A stretch of DNA of 64,000 nt from a virus (IMGVR_UViG_3300048918_000175:4010-68009), one strand, 5' to 3'; shown: positions 28,331 through 36,588, numbered from the stretch's first letter. The notes: generated by a model from the sequence alone, not told the origin. Program-made: numbers and translations.

Positions 28331-28797
28331 TAGATGATCTCCTTGAGACGATCTGCCGCGTAACTCGCAGCAGGTGACATGGGCTTGATCTTGGGGTCTA
28401 TGCCGCAGACACCCTTGATGTAACCCATTGCTTGGTTGACGATGCCGTTGGACTTGTGGAAGTCCTCGGGGTTGAGGTCAAGGTGAATCTCAACATCGCG
28501 ATACAGGAGGACGTCCGCGAGCTTGAGGTACAACTCAGCCACCTTGTGCACTTCGGACATGAGGCGGAACTGCGGCGCATCGGCGCGCTTGGTGTAGTCA
28601 GCCTCACGAATGACTTCACCGAACACCTTGCAGCCATGCTGGCCGTCAATGTGAATGACGACGGCGAGCGTGAAGTCTACCATCCAGACGCCACGGATGT
28701 TGATCCGCTCGGAGTCGGCGCCAAGGTAAATCTTCGTCTCCGCAGAACTGTTGCGGATGTAGTCCATTACTACGTCGATATCCATTTGTGCTGGCAT
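28330..28797 (-). CDS. RNase H-like YkuK/DUF458 protein
   Basis: IYLGADS, RLMSEV, EIHLDLN and ASYAAD motifs. Confidence 0.8.
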   Translation of the reverse strand: MPAQMDIDVVMDYIRNSSAETKIYLGADSERINIRGVWMVDFTLAVVIHIDGQHGCKVFGEVIREADYTKRADAPQFRLMSEVHKVAELYLKLADVLLYRDVEIHLDLNPEDFHKSNGIVNQAMGYIKGVCGIDPKIKPMSPAASYAADRLKEII

Positions 28798-28818
28798 TGG
28801 TTCATCCTCAAGTGTTGA

Positions 28819-28891
28819 TGCCCTAGACAGGACTCGAACCTGTGCCTCCGGTTTCGGAAACCGGCACTCTGTCCAACTGAGCTACGAGGGC
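28819..28891 (-). tRNA. tRNA-Arg(CCG)
   Basis: Cloverleaf; anticodon arm CCGGT-TTCCGAA-ACCGG. Confidence 0.85.
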
Positions 28892-28896
28892 AATGA

Positions 28897-29106
28897 TTAG
28901 CGTGGTTTGTTACTGTGATCGTCAAAGTACCACCCACACATATGTCCGGCATGGGCTACGGAGACTGTACGAATGGTTGCCGTATCCAGCGGAGTCTGCG
29001 CGAAACTGAGCAACCTCTCGCACTGCGCCCGTGGAACATATCCGTCGTCAAAGTCACAACCCATTACAGCGAGGGCCAAGAGACCCATTACAAGGTATTT
29101 CTTCAT
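28897..29106 (-). CDS. Small lipoprotein-like protein
   Basis: MKKYLVMGLLALAVMGC; similar to the 29103 ORF. Confidence 0.55.
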   Translation of the reverse strand: MKKYLVMGLLALAVMGCDFDDGYVPRAQCERLLSFAQTPLDTATIRTVSVAHAGHMCGWYFDDHSNKPR

Positions 29107-29327
29107 TTGGTGCCCAGAATCTGAGCGTTCCCTGCCTCTCTCAGATACGTGGCGCAGGCATACGCACCTTCTTGTGGACGTGCGTTCCTCACGAACATTG
29201 AATCCTGTTGTGTCCGCGCGAGGGCAATGAGGGTCGTGCATGCCTTGAAATTAAAGGCACTTTCGCTGACTGTATCACACCCCGTCAGGAGCGCGACCAT
29301 TCCTAGTACCATGCAAATTCGCTTCAT
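29103..29327 (-). CDS. Small lipoprotein-like protein
   Basis: MKRICMVLGMVALLTGC; GAGGAGG RBS. Confidence 0.55.
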   Translation of the reverse strand: MKRICMVLGMVALLTGCDTVSESAFNFKACTTLIALARTQQDSMFVRNARPQEGAYACATYLREAGNAQILGTK

Positions 29328-29338
29328 GTGATTCCTCC

Positions 29339-29569
29339 TCACTCGTACCGTCGCCGCCGACATTCGGCTTTGAACTGGTTGTATGGTGCCCCTGCATTGT
29401 GCTCGCGCTGGGCGTCATTCGCCCAAATGTATCCACACCAACACTGATGCCGCCAGAACTTGACGGGAATGTCAATGGGTGAATAGTGCGACTCAACCGC
29501 CATTGCGCGATCTATGGGTTCTACCATCTTCCCACAGACGGGACATGCTTCTCTCACTTTCGTACTCAT
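29339..29569 (-). CDS. Small zinc-binding protein
   Basis: CPVCG and CWCG; GAGGTG RBS. Confidence 0.55.
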   Translation of the reverse strand: MSTKVREACPVCGKMVEPIDRAMAVESHYSPIDIPVKFWRHQCWCGYIWANDAQREHNAGAPYNQFKAECRRRRYE

Positions 29570-29585
29570 GTTTCACCTCATTCAG

Positions 29586-29659
<74 letters not shown>

Positions 29660-29826
29660 GTGTGGATGGGCAACGCCATGTCCGCTCCCACCCTGCTAAA
29701 TCCTTCCGGGTACTCGTAAAGGGGTCCAGGTTCTGCCCTCGCCCCGCCTCTGTCATCGTGGTATCTCACCATGTTTTAACGACTGACAAGAGGTTTTCCA
29801 CCGCTGCATGGGGACTTCTGTGCTAC

Positions 29827-30183
29827 TTATACCTTGAGCCCGAAGCGTTCCGGGGTGTTCTTGGGCTTTGGTGAGCGCATCTCATCGAACGTGCGACACC
29901 GAACCTGTTCAATCTGCTTCAGTGGGAGTCTGAGACCCGCAAACTTCAACTCCCACTCCCATCGTGTCTTACCTGACTCAAAATCAACCCAAGAGACGGC
30001 CTTCCGTTCGCGCACAATCGCGCCAATCTCATTGATGATGACCCACTCAGGATCAATCGCGGGGTTTCGAACCCAATCCTGTTTGGGCTTTCGCTTGAAG
30101 AACGTCTTGCGCCGTTTCCAAAGCCACCCGATCAGGTCAATTCCAAACGCGAGCACAAAGCCCCAAAACATTCCTTCGATCAT
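29827..30183 (-). CDS. Membrane-anchored hypothetical protein
   Basis: N-terminal TM helix. Confidence 0.55.
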   Translation of the reverse strand: MIEGMFWGFVLAFGIDLIGWLWKRRKTFFKRKPKQDWVRNPAIDPEWVIINEIGAIVRERKAVSWVDFESGKTRWEWELKFAGLRLPLKQIEQVRCRTFDEMRSPKPKNTPERFGLKV

Positions 30184-30368
30184 GGTATTGGTACCGTCTC
30201 AGCAAAATGTGGATCGACCGCGTGCAATGCGTTCTGTGCAGCGAGTTCCTCTTTCACGAGGTTTATCTCTCGCCGTGCTTCCTTCGTGGTCATCTTCGAT
30301 ACGTCAATCGCGAAGATGCGACCCCTCGGACGATTGTTGTAGTCCTGTGGTAGTTTATCCATTTCCAT
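30180..30368 (-). CDS. Mini-protein with a portal (gp20)-like segment
   Basis: RGRIFAIDVSKMTTKEA resembles T4-like portal RRIFYIDVGNMPxxKA. Confidence 0.45.
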   Translation of the reverse strand: MEMDKLPQDYNNRPRGRIFAIDVSKMTTKEARREINLVKEELAAQNALHAVDPHFAETVPIP

Positions 30369-30370
30369 AA

Positions 30371-30442
30371 TAGCGCATAGGGGAATCGAACCCCTCTCCC
30401 CCGGATGAGAACCAGGCGACCTAGCCGATAGTCGAATGCGCC
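30371..30442 (-). tRNA. tRNA-Glu(CTC)
   Basis: Anticodon loop TTCTCAT. Confidence 0.85.
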
Positions 30443-30697
30443 GTTCAGGGAGCCGTGTGAGTGTCCTGGCTTGACGATCCCACCCCGACCCCCTTGGTAC
30501 TACGAAACGAGCGGTGCGTTGAGTGCCATCATCTGGCGACCCGTCTGAATGTCGAGTGCCTCGACGTACTTCGGTCCCAACTCAGCCGCTGCCGCCGAGA
30601 GAATCGTGTGCTCCGCCGTCGGCAGAATCGCGCCCGTGCTACCCACAAAGACAAGCTTCGGTTCCATGATATAGCCTCCTTGAAGTTGACCTACAAA

Positions 30698-30805
30698 TGG
30701 AGAGGGGTGGAGTCGAACCACCGCCTGACTCTCGACTTGGTACCAGTCTACGGTCTTTGACACGGATTAAGATCCGCCGCTCTGTCCCACCTGAGCTACC
30801 TCCCC
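30698..30805 (-). ncRNA. tRNA-like RNA with a 6-nt anticodon loop and a ~39 nt variable insert
   Basis: Intact acceptor, D and T arms; GCGGA-TCTTAA-TCCGT. Confidence 0.65.
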
Positions 30806-30807
30806 AA

Positions 30808-30892
30808 TGCACCCAGCAGGATTCGAACCTGCACCCCACTGAAGGGACAGGGCTCTCGACCCTGCGTGTCTACCAGTTCCGACCATGAGTGC
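30808..30892 (-). tRNA. tRNA-Leu(GAG)
   Basis: CAGGG-TCGAGAG-CCCTG; long variable arm. Confidence 0.85.
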
Positions 30893-30893
30893 G

Positions 30894-31145
30894 TTACACT
30901 GCCTCAAGCTGCGAACAACCTTCAGCGAGCACCATCAGCTTGCCGTCTGCCATGCGTAGCCCGTACCAAACTACTTCGTACAACTTCCCTACATGAATCC
31001 TTACATCTTCAACGACACACTCCTCACCCGTGGGGTAGAAGTCGATTATCTCGCGTGTCGCGGGATCAATGTGTCGAATATTATACGTGAGCCTGACACG
31101 ATCACCCACCTTGAACTCTGGCGCAGCCTTCTCAATTACGGGCAT
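30894..31145 (-). CDS. SH3-like hypothetical protein
   Basis: FKVGDRVRL motif. Confidence 0.55.
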   Translation of the reverse strand: MPVIEKAAPEFKVGDRVRLTYNIRHIDPATREIIDFYPTGEECVVEDVRIHVGKLYEVVWYGLRMADGKLMVLAEGCSQLEAV

Positions 31146-31425
31146 GTGGGTATGTCGCGTACAGACAGGAATTGATCTTGAAGATTACATCCCAATCGAC
31201 TAGGTCGCGTGCGAACAACTCATCCCGCAGCGCAATCAGAGAGGTGACAATCGTGTCCGACTCACTTAGTTTCTTGGACGTGACTATCGTGTCCTTCGGC
31301 GTCGTGGCATCCATCTTCATCCTCCGGGGTGTCGTTGCACTCACAGCATGGATGCTCGGGCCAACATGAGCAGTGTCGTTTTCTGTCCTCGGTGCATTCG
31401 TTTCTCATGTCAGAAAGATAGCTCC

Positions 31426-32070
31426 TCAGACCGCAGACCTCAATCCCTCGGTTGTCCGAAAGTTCAGATCGAATTTCCGAATTGGGTAGTTTCCCCGGTG
31501 CGCGTCAAAGTACGCATCGAAATCTTCAATCGCCCCTTGCATGTTGTAGTGTCCATTCAGCCCAACGAGACCCCGATTCTCTGCAATAAACCGCTCCGAG
31601 GACGTCGTCCTGAACGCCCTAGGCTCCCGATCCGCATAGAGCAAGGCCAGCGTACACTTTGAGAACGATGACCATTCTAATGCGGTCCCAGGGACAGCTT
31701 TCATCGAATGCCAATGTGAGTCCGATTCTTTGAACCACTCGACAACGCGAGAAAATGCATTTGGGAATAAATCCCAGGATGCGCGCATCATCTTTGGCCC
31801 GATGCCGTTCCCACGATATGCAGGAAGGACATACACGCCTCGCGTGCGCAGAACGGTATCGGAGATATTGTAGACAGAGGTGTAACCCTTTGTCACGCCA
31901 TCTTCAACCCACGCACACGGGAAGCAGAGAATGTCCTTCGCCCACCGCTCGCGCGGATACTGCACGATGCCGAATGGGTTATTCCATATCGGAATCGTCT
32001 CGGGTTGTTTTGTGTGCCAGTGGTCTGCCATACCTTCGCAGAACTCGGACCAACGAATGACGTGGAGCAT
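31426..32070 (-). CDS. GNAT-family acetyltransferase
   Basis: VYVLPAYRGNGIG acetyl-CoA binding motif A. Confidence 0.7.
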   Translation of the reverse strand: MLHVIRWSEFCEGMADHWHTKQPETIPIWNNPFGIVQYPRERWAKDILCFPCAWVEDGVTKGYTSVYNISDTVLRTRGVYVLPAYRGNGIGPKMMRASWDLFPNAFSRVVEWFKESDSHWHSMKAVPGTALEWSSFSKCTLALLYADREPRAFRTTSSERFIAENRGLVGLNGHYNMQGAIEDFDAYFDAHRGNYPIRKFDLNFRTTEGLRSAV

Positions 32071-32085
32071 ATCTCACATGTTGAA

Positions 32086-32157
32086 TAGGTCCTGATGGAT
32101 TCGAACCAACATCTCCTGGGTCAAAGCCAGGCGTCCTAACCGTTGAACGAAAGACCT
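32086..32157 (-). tRNA. tRNA-Gln(TTG)
   Basis: CCTGG-CTTTGAC-CCAGG. Confidence 0.85.
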
Positions 32158-32161
32158 GCAG

Positions 32162-32234
32162 TGCTCCGTATCGGATTCGAACCGATATCGCTGCCTTACC
32201 AAAGCAGTATGTTGACCGTTGACACTAACGAAGC
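32162..32234 (-). tRNA. tRNA-Thr(GGT)
   Basis: CTGCT-TTGGTAA-GGCAG. Confidence 0.85.
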
Positions 32235-32237
32235 TAG

Positions 32238-32310
32238 TGCCCGCATTAGGATTCGAACCTAAATTCTGGAGTTAGAAGCTCCATGTGCTATCCAGTTGCA
32301 CTATGCAGGC
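32238..32310 (-). tRNA. tRNA-Arg(TCT)
   Basis: TGGAG-CTTCTAA-CTCCA. Confidence 0.85.
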
Positions 32311-32314
32311 GTAT

Positions 32315-32449
32315 TGGTGGACCAGTGTCAGGAGATCATCCTGACTTCGCCGCCTATGGCCCAAAGGCGTAGTAGAAAGGTCTAGAACCTTCTACTCTGG
32401 GCTTGAGAGCAGCATCATAGGCCGAAGCCTCCGCTGAGAGCAATCACCA
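32315..32449 (-). ncRNA. Candidate structured RNA ending in CACCA
   Basis: Stems TGGTG/CACCA, GCCTATG/CATAGGC, GCCCAGAG/CTTTGGGC, GTCAGGA/TCCTGAC. Confidence 0.5.
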
Positions 32450-32454
32450 GGCAT

Positions 32455-33276
32455 TTAATCCAACCAATCGTGCTTGTACGGACCGATATCATCGAACGCT
32501 TCCTCGTCGTACTTCCCGCGCCGCAGGAGATTGTTAATCTCAGAGCGATACTGCCGACGATTGTGCTTCACAGCCCACGTGCGGCCCTTCTTCTTGCCAG
32601 GCATCGGCCCGAACCACATCTCACGCTGCATCTCCCACTTCCGCTCACACTTGAAGCAGAGATAGGTCCGATCGTGATAGACCCACTTCGGCTTCGTCTC
32701 TTTCGTTTTCTGAAACTCCCAGAACGTGATGGGCTCAGGCACACGCGGAGGATTGAGCGTGCTCCAATCGAGCGATCCATTCTTGAGCTTCCAGCCCCCA
32801 ATGCGATACCGACGCCATGCGCGCTCGGCCTCGCCGTACTTCGCTTCATACTCCGCCCGAATTGCCTTCCACATCGCGTTATGTTCCTCGTCCTGTCGAA
32901 CGATATCCTTCGCGACGTGCTTGCACTGTGGGCAGAATGTGGCGTGCTTCTGCCGAGAGTAATACTTGTTACTGACGGGAGCCCAGGTCTTGAGATCCTT
33001 CCAGTAGTCCTTCTTGGTGCGGTCATTCGACCGCTTGATCGTGCCGTCGTAGGCAACGATCCACTTCTTCTTTCCGTGTGACACTTTGACGCTCCTGGTT
33101 TGGGTACCTAGATTGTCATAATGCCTCCAATGGTTTGTAGCGAGTGGATTCGGTGCTTGCCCAAAACATTCGTTCTGGATGCAATCTTCACATTCCGGAT
33201 ATTCGATTGAAGACCAGTCGTCAACGATCATATGACGCGAGGGAAGTCCGAGCAACTTCGACTCCGGAGTACTCAA
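32455..33276 (-). CDS. Basic Cys-containing hypothetical protein (start uncertain)
   Basis: Long ORF with CxxC motifs. Confidence 0.55.
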   Translation of the reverse strand: MSTPESKLLGLPSRHMIVDDWSSIEYPECEDCIQNECFGQAPNPLATNHWRHYDNLGTQTRSVKVSHGKKKWIVAYDGTIKRSNDRTKKDYWKDLKTWAPVSNKYYSRQKHATFCPQCKHVAKDIVRQDEEHNAMWKAIRAEYEAKYGEAERAWRRYRIGGWKLKNGSLDWSTLNPPRVPEPITFWEFQKTKETKPKWVYHDRTYLCFKCERKWEMQREMWFGPMPGKKKGRTWAVKHNRRQYRSEINNLLRRGKYDEEAFDDIGPYKHDWLD

Positions 33277-33469
33277 CGATGACCCACTGAGACCTCACAA
33301 CAGGTGTCTTGATGGAACTGTAGCGGGTATGTGGATGATTGTACGTCTCACCCAGCGATGGTCGGTTCTTATACATCTTTCCGTTCTTGGAGAGATTTTC
33401 CGGCGCGTTATGCTTCGACGGCTTGAAGAACATCCCAGACGGTAGGTGCAACAGTTTGTAGAATCTCAT
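33221..33469 (-). CDS. Hypothetical protein
   Basis: AAGGAG RBS; NLSKNGKMY motif. Confidence 0.6.
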   Translation of the reverse strand: MRFYKLLHLPSGMFFKPSKHNAPENLSKNGKMYKNRPSLGETYNHPHTRYSSIKTPVVRSQWVIVEYSGVEVARTSLASYDR

Positions 33470-33489
33470 ATCGTCTCCTTCTCAGTGAG

Positions 33490-33562
<73 letters not shown>

Positions 33563-33577
33563 ACATTCCTACTAAAG

Positions 33578-33661
33578 CGGAGAGCCTGGGATTCGAACCC
33601 AGATGTCCTTGCGGATGCCAGATTTCAAGTCTGGTGCAATAGCCAGTTCTGCCAACTCTCC
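33578..33661 (-). tRNA. tRNA-Ser(TGA)
   Basis: CCAGA-CTTGAAA-TCTGG; variable arm. Confidence 0.9.
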
Positions 33662-33663
33662 AA

Positions 33664-34038
33664 TTATTCTTCCACAGGTCTTGCTGTCACAATGGCGGAG
33701 ATCAATTTGAACTCAGACACCGTCTTGTCCTTCTCGACTGTCCCAATGCCTGAGACAGAATAGACAGCCGCCTCTGCCTTATCCATCATCATAAGTGCTC
33801 GCCCGCATGGGGTGTCGAGCACCCGCCCATCAAAATACCAATCACCGTCAATCGTCTCAATCGTGCCAACGCCAGCGACGTTCGCGAGAAGGACGCTTGT
33901 CGAGGGATTTGATCCCAACGTCAGAAAGACTTCCTTCCCCTTATAATCAGCGATTGCCTTCTCCATCACTGCCTTCGGATAAATGCGTCCGTTGACAGTG
34001 GGTGTATCGGCGCGAAGAAGTATGGCGTGTATTTGCAT
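33664..34038 (-). CDS. Truncated, degenerate prohead protease (gp21)-like protein
   Basis: NGRIYPKAV, LDTPCG and SVSGIG motifs; the GELGHP His position reads LTLGSNP. Confidence 0.6.
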   Translation of the reverse strand: MQIHAILLRADTPTVNGRIYPKAVMEKAIADYKGKEVFLTLGSNPSTSVLLANVAGVGTIETIDGDWYFDGRVLDTPCGRALMMMDKAEAAVYSVSGIGTVEKDKTVSEFKLISAIVTARPVEE

Positions 34039-34043
34039 GACTC

Positions 34044-34072
34044 AATATAACTCAACCCACATCCTTCATCAA
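34044..34072 (-). promoter_or_regulatory. Sigma70-type promoter internal to the tRNA array
   Basis: TTGATG-17-TATATT, with an ATG immediately downstream. Confidence 0.55.
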
Positions 34073-34090
34073 GACGTGGGTTGTCCAAAG

Positions 34091-34163
34091 TGCCCATGGA
34101 GGGATTCGAACCCCCATTACAGGTTTCGTAGACCTGTGTGCTATCCGATTCTACTACATGGGC
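34091..34163 (-). tRNA. tRNA-Arg(ACG)
   Basis: CAGGT-CTACGAA-ACCTG. Confidence 0.85.
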
Positions 34164-34167
34164 ATAA

Positions 34168-34253
34168 CGGAGAGCCTGGGATTCGAACCCAGAAATCCCT
34201 TTCAGGACGCTAGTTTTCGAGACTAGTGCAATAGCCAGTTCTGCCAACTCTCC
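34168..34253 (-). tRNA. tRNA-Ser(CGA)
   Basis: CTAGT-CTCGAAA-ACTAG. Confidence 0.9.
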
Positions 34254-34270
34254 AATTTTCGTACTACAAG

Positions 34271-34356
34271 CGGAGTGTGAGGGATTTGAACTCTCACGTC
34301 CTTTCGGACCCACCGTTTAGCAAACGGGTGCGACACACCATCTTCGCCGACACTCC
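34271..34356 (-). tRNA. tRNA-Ser(GCT)
   Basis: Loop TTGCTAA; long variable arm. Confidence 0.85.
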
Positions 34357-34456
34357 AGGGGCGGCTTCCGATCACGACGTTTCCCATACCCTGCGGCCGC
34401 AAGGCATGCGTTCGTGTGTGGCGCTTGTGGACCACCTTAATCAACCGGACACCGAG

Positions 34457-34528
34457 ATCCCCGAATCGGCTTCGAACCGACGACTCACCCTTACGAGGGG
34501 CGTATTTTACCAGCTAAACTATCAGGGA
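34457..34528 (-). tRNA. tRNA-Thr(CGT)
   Basis: CGCCC-CTCGTAA-GGGTG. Confidence 0.8.
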
Positions 34529-34539
34529 ACAGCAACAAG

Positions 34540-34611
34540 CGGGTCGTACGGGAATCGAACCCGTCTCTCTCCCGTGACAGGGGAGTATTCTAGCCGATAA
34601 ACTAATGACCC
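34540..34611 (-). tRNA. tRNA-Asp(GTC)
   Basis: CTCCC-CTGTCAC-GGGAG. Confidence 0.9.
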
Positions 34612-34647
34612 AAGTTAACCTACTTTCCAAATCGTACTAACTTACTA

Positions 34648-34719
34648 TGGGAACCGTGGGGATCGAACCCACCCCTTCAGGATTTCACCCTGACGTACGA
34701 CCAACTATACGAAGTCCCC
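34648..34719 (-). tRNA. tRNA-Phe(GAA)
   Basis: TCAGG-GTGAAAT-CCTGA (unusual G32). Confidence 0.75.
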
Positions 34720-34726
34720 GAACCTA

Positions 34727-35710
34727 CTACACACCAATCTGCTTGCGTTTCGCCTTCGACACCTTGAGCAGCGCGCCACGCAAGTTCCGTTCCTTCACGA
34801 TGACGATACGAATGCCGCGCCAGAACCCAGACTTCTCTGAGCCACGTCCTGCATCGTTCCGCATCTGCACCCAGACGTTTTCACCCACTCCCTCAAAATC
34901 TTCAACCGACCGATAGAGCTTCATGCAATTGACTGTCACCAGTCCCTTGTTCGCATTGAGCGCAAATTCATGCGGCTGCATTTTCCCCTTCACGATGCAA
35001 CCATTCGGGAGAATGTCTACACCGAATGCCGCTTCCTTGATTTCTGCATCCGTTGCTTCAACGGCAATGGGTGGATCAATCTTGTACCCGCCCACTCCAA
35101 TGTCGATCAACTGAGTGAGTCCACCCTTCAGTGCCCACTCAATAACCTTTTTCGCTTTGTCGCGCCAGATCGAATCAGCCGATGCAAGCTGGTCGCCGTT
35201 CTCACCCTTCAGCGAGATGGGAACATCACCCTTCGCGGTCGTGAGAATGAAGTCAGCCTTCTTGCCCGTACCCACACCGTCCTTCTTGGTGCCCTTCTTG
35301 CCTGTTTCCTTGATCTTCGTGACACCGCGCACCATGAACTTGCGGGTGCCATCTGTGAACAGAATGTCAAGTACCGGCATCAGCTTCAGCAGGTCCTTGA
35401 TGTGATGATGGAAGCGATCTTCTGCCATCCCACCCTTGTTCTGGGCAGTGAACTTCACGAACCGCGAGCGATCCTTGACCGTGATCGTGAACCCCTCGGC
35501 CGTGATGACGTTCTTGACCAGCTTGGGCTTCGATCCCGCGAGTGCCTCGAAAATCTTCAGTGCAACCTTGTCAACAAGCGTTGGTGCAACGAGGACGTCG
35601 AATGCCTTCGGCCCGACAGGCTTCTGTTCCTTCTGTCCTAGCTTTGCAACCAATGCTTGCAGATGATGGAGCGACAACTTTGCCATGTGCAGTCCTTGAG
35701 GGGTCTGCAC
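34727..35710 (-). CDS. PD-(D/E)xK-like nuclease-fold protein (start probably MAKLS)
   Basis: AE...KKADF...ISLK motif; CTAAATA late box at 35711-35717. Confidence 0.6.
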   Translation of the reverse strand: MQTPQGLHMAKLSLHHLQALVAKLGQKEQKPVGPKAFDVLVAPTLVDKVALKIFEALAGSKPKLVKNVITAEGFTITVKDRSRFVKFTAQNKGGMAEDRFHHHIKDLLKLMPVLDILFTDGTRKFMVRGVTKIKETGKKGTKKDGVGTGKKADFILTTAKGDVPISLKGENGDQLASADSIWRDKAKKVIEWALKGGLTQLIDIGVGGYKIDPPIAVEATDAEIKEAAFGVDILPNGCIVKGKMQPHEFALNANKGLVTVNCMKLYRSVEDFEGVGENVWVQMRNDAGRGSEKSGFWRGIRIVIVKERNLRGALLKVSKAKRKQIGV

Positions 35711-35719
35711 TATTTAGAG

Positions 35720-35792
35720 TGCGGGTGACGAGGGTCGAACTCGTATCTCTTGGGTGGAAGCCAAGCATGTTAGCCATTGTCACCACACCCGC
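35720..35792 (-). tRNA. tRNA-Gly(TCC)
   Basis: CTTGG-CTTCCAC-CCAAG. Confidence 0.9.
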
Positions 35793-35806
35793 ATTGTACT
35801 ACAGAG

Positions 35807-35879
35807 TCAGGTGGTCGGGGATTGAACCCGAGCCCCCGGCTTCACAGACCGGTACTCTACCAATTGAGCTACGCACCTG
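35807..35879 (-). tRNA. tRNA-His(GTG), atypical acceptor stem
   Basis: CCGGT-CTGTGAA-GCCGG; bulged acceptor stem. Confidence 0.7.
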
Positions 35880-35883
35880 TTAA

Positions 35884-35999
35884 TGGTTGCTGAAAAAGCT
35901 GACGAAAGCCCCGATCAAGCTAGACAATTACGGCCCTACCGTCGCCCGACCATGCAGGCTAGTTCCGTACCTTTCCTCATGTCGTTGTGACAGCAACCA
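35884..35999 (-). ncRNA. Candidate structured RNA closed by a 9 bp stem ending ACCA
   Basis: TGGTTGCTG/CAGCAACCA, GAC..GAAAG/CTTTCGTC. Confidence 0.5.
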
Positions 36000-36001
36000 A
36001 G

Positions 36002-36074
36002 CTGGGACAGAAGGAGTCGAACCTTCATCTTCCTGATTAACAGTCAGGAGACTTGCCAATTAGCCCACATCCCA
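36002..36074 (-). tRNA. tRNA-Asn(GTT), U1-A72 type
   Basis: CCTGA-CTGTTAA-TCAGG. Confidence 0.85.
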
Positions 36075-36081
36075 ATACAAA

Positions 36082-36279
36082 CTACGCGTCCCGCGACCGC
36101 AAGTTCCAATCGTAGACGTTCTCTTCCACCGTGCCATCTTCGAGGCGAATGTCGTACTGACCAGGCATTCTGCCGCAGCAATCACACCCATAGTCAAACG
36201 CTTCGACAACACATCGGAGGATCGTTGCAGGAACATCGGGACAATCTTCGTACCAAACCTTCTCGTCATCGTCGAACAT
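36082..36279 (-). CDS. Small hypothetical protein
   Basis: GAGGAGG RBS; CDCC motif. Confidence 0.55.
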   Translation of the reverse strand: MFDDDEKVWYEDCPDVPATILRCVVEAFDYGCDCCGRMPGQYDIRLEDGTVEENVYDWNLRSRDA

Positions 36280-36297
36280 AAGCCCTCCTCAAGTTGA

Positions 36298-36369
36298 TGC
36301 TCTGCCTCGGCTTCGAACCGAGCCCTAAAGGGTAAAAGCCAATTGTGCCTCCAACAACACTTGCAGAGC
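36298..36369 (-). tRNA. tRNA-Lys(TTT), weak anticodon stem
   Basis: Good acceptor and T arms; ATTGG-CTTTTAC-CCTTT has two U-U mismatches. Confidence 0.65.
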
Positions 36370-36374
36370 GTAAG

Positions 36375-36448
36375 CCCCGGGTGAAGGATTCGAACCCTCA
36401 GCGCATGGATTTGGAGGCCAGCATGTTAGCCAGTTACACCAACCCGGG
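36375..36448 (-). tRNA. tRNA-Trp(CCA), weak anticodon stem
   Basis: CTGGC-CTCCAAA-TCCAT. Confidence 0.7.
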
Positions 36449-36455
36449 ATGAAGC

Positions 36456-36584
36456 ATTGTCGTGGCGAGTCTCCCATTTATCTCGCACCGGGCTGAAAGC
36501 CGCATAGCCCTGTGACGCCAGACACGGAATATTGACGGTACCGTGCCCCACACCAGACGTTCCGTCCAAACATCTCACGACAAT
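36456..36584 (-). ncRNA. Candidate multi-branched structured RNA
   Basis: Closing stem ATTGTCGTG/CACGACAAT; inner stems GGCACGG/CCGTGTC, GGGCT/AGCCC, GCGAG/CTCGC. Confidence 0.45.
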
Positions 36585-36588
36585 ACAG

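Noticed and set aside
30698-30805. Ochre (TTA) suppressor tRNA or alternative genetic code
   Set aside because: The loop is only 6 nt, and core genes are intact under the standard code with TAA, TAG and TGA all used as stops.
35884-35999. RNase P RNA (GAGGAAAG)
   Set aside because: Too short, and lacks GUCC after GAGGAAA and the 3' ACAGAA...GGCUUA region.
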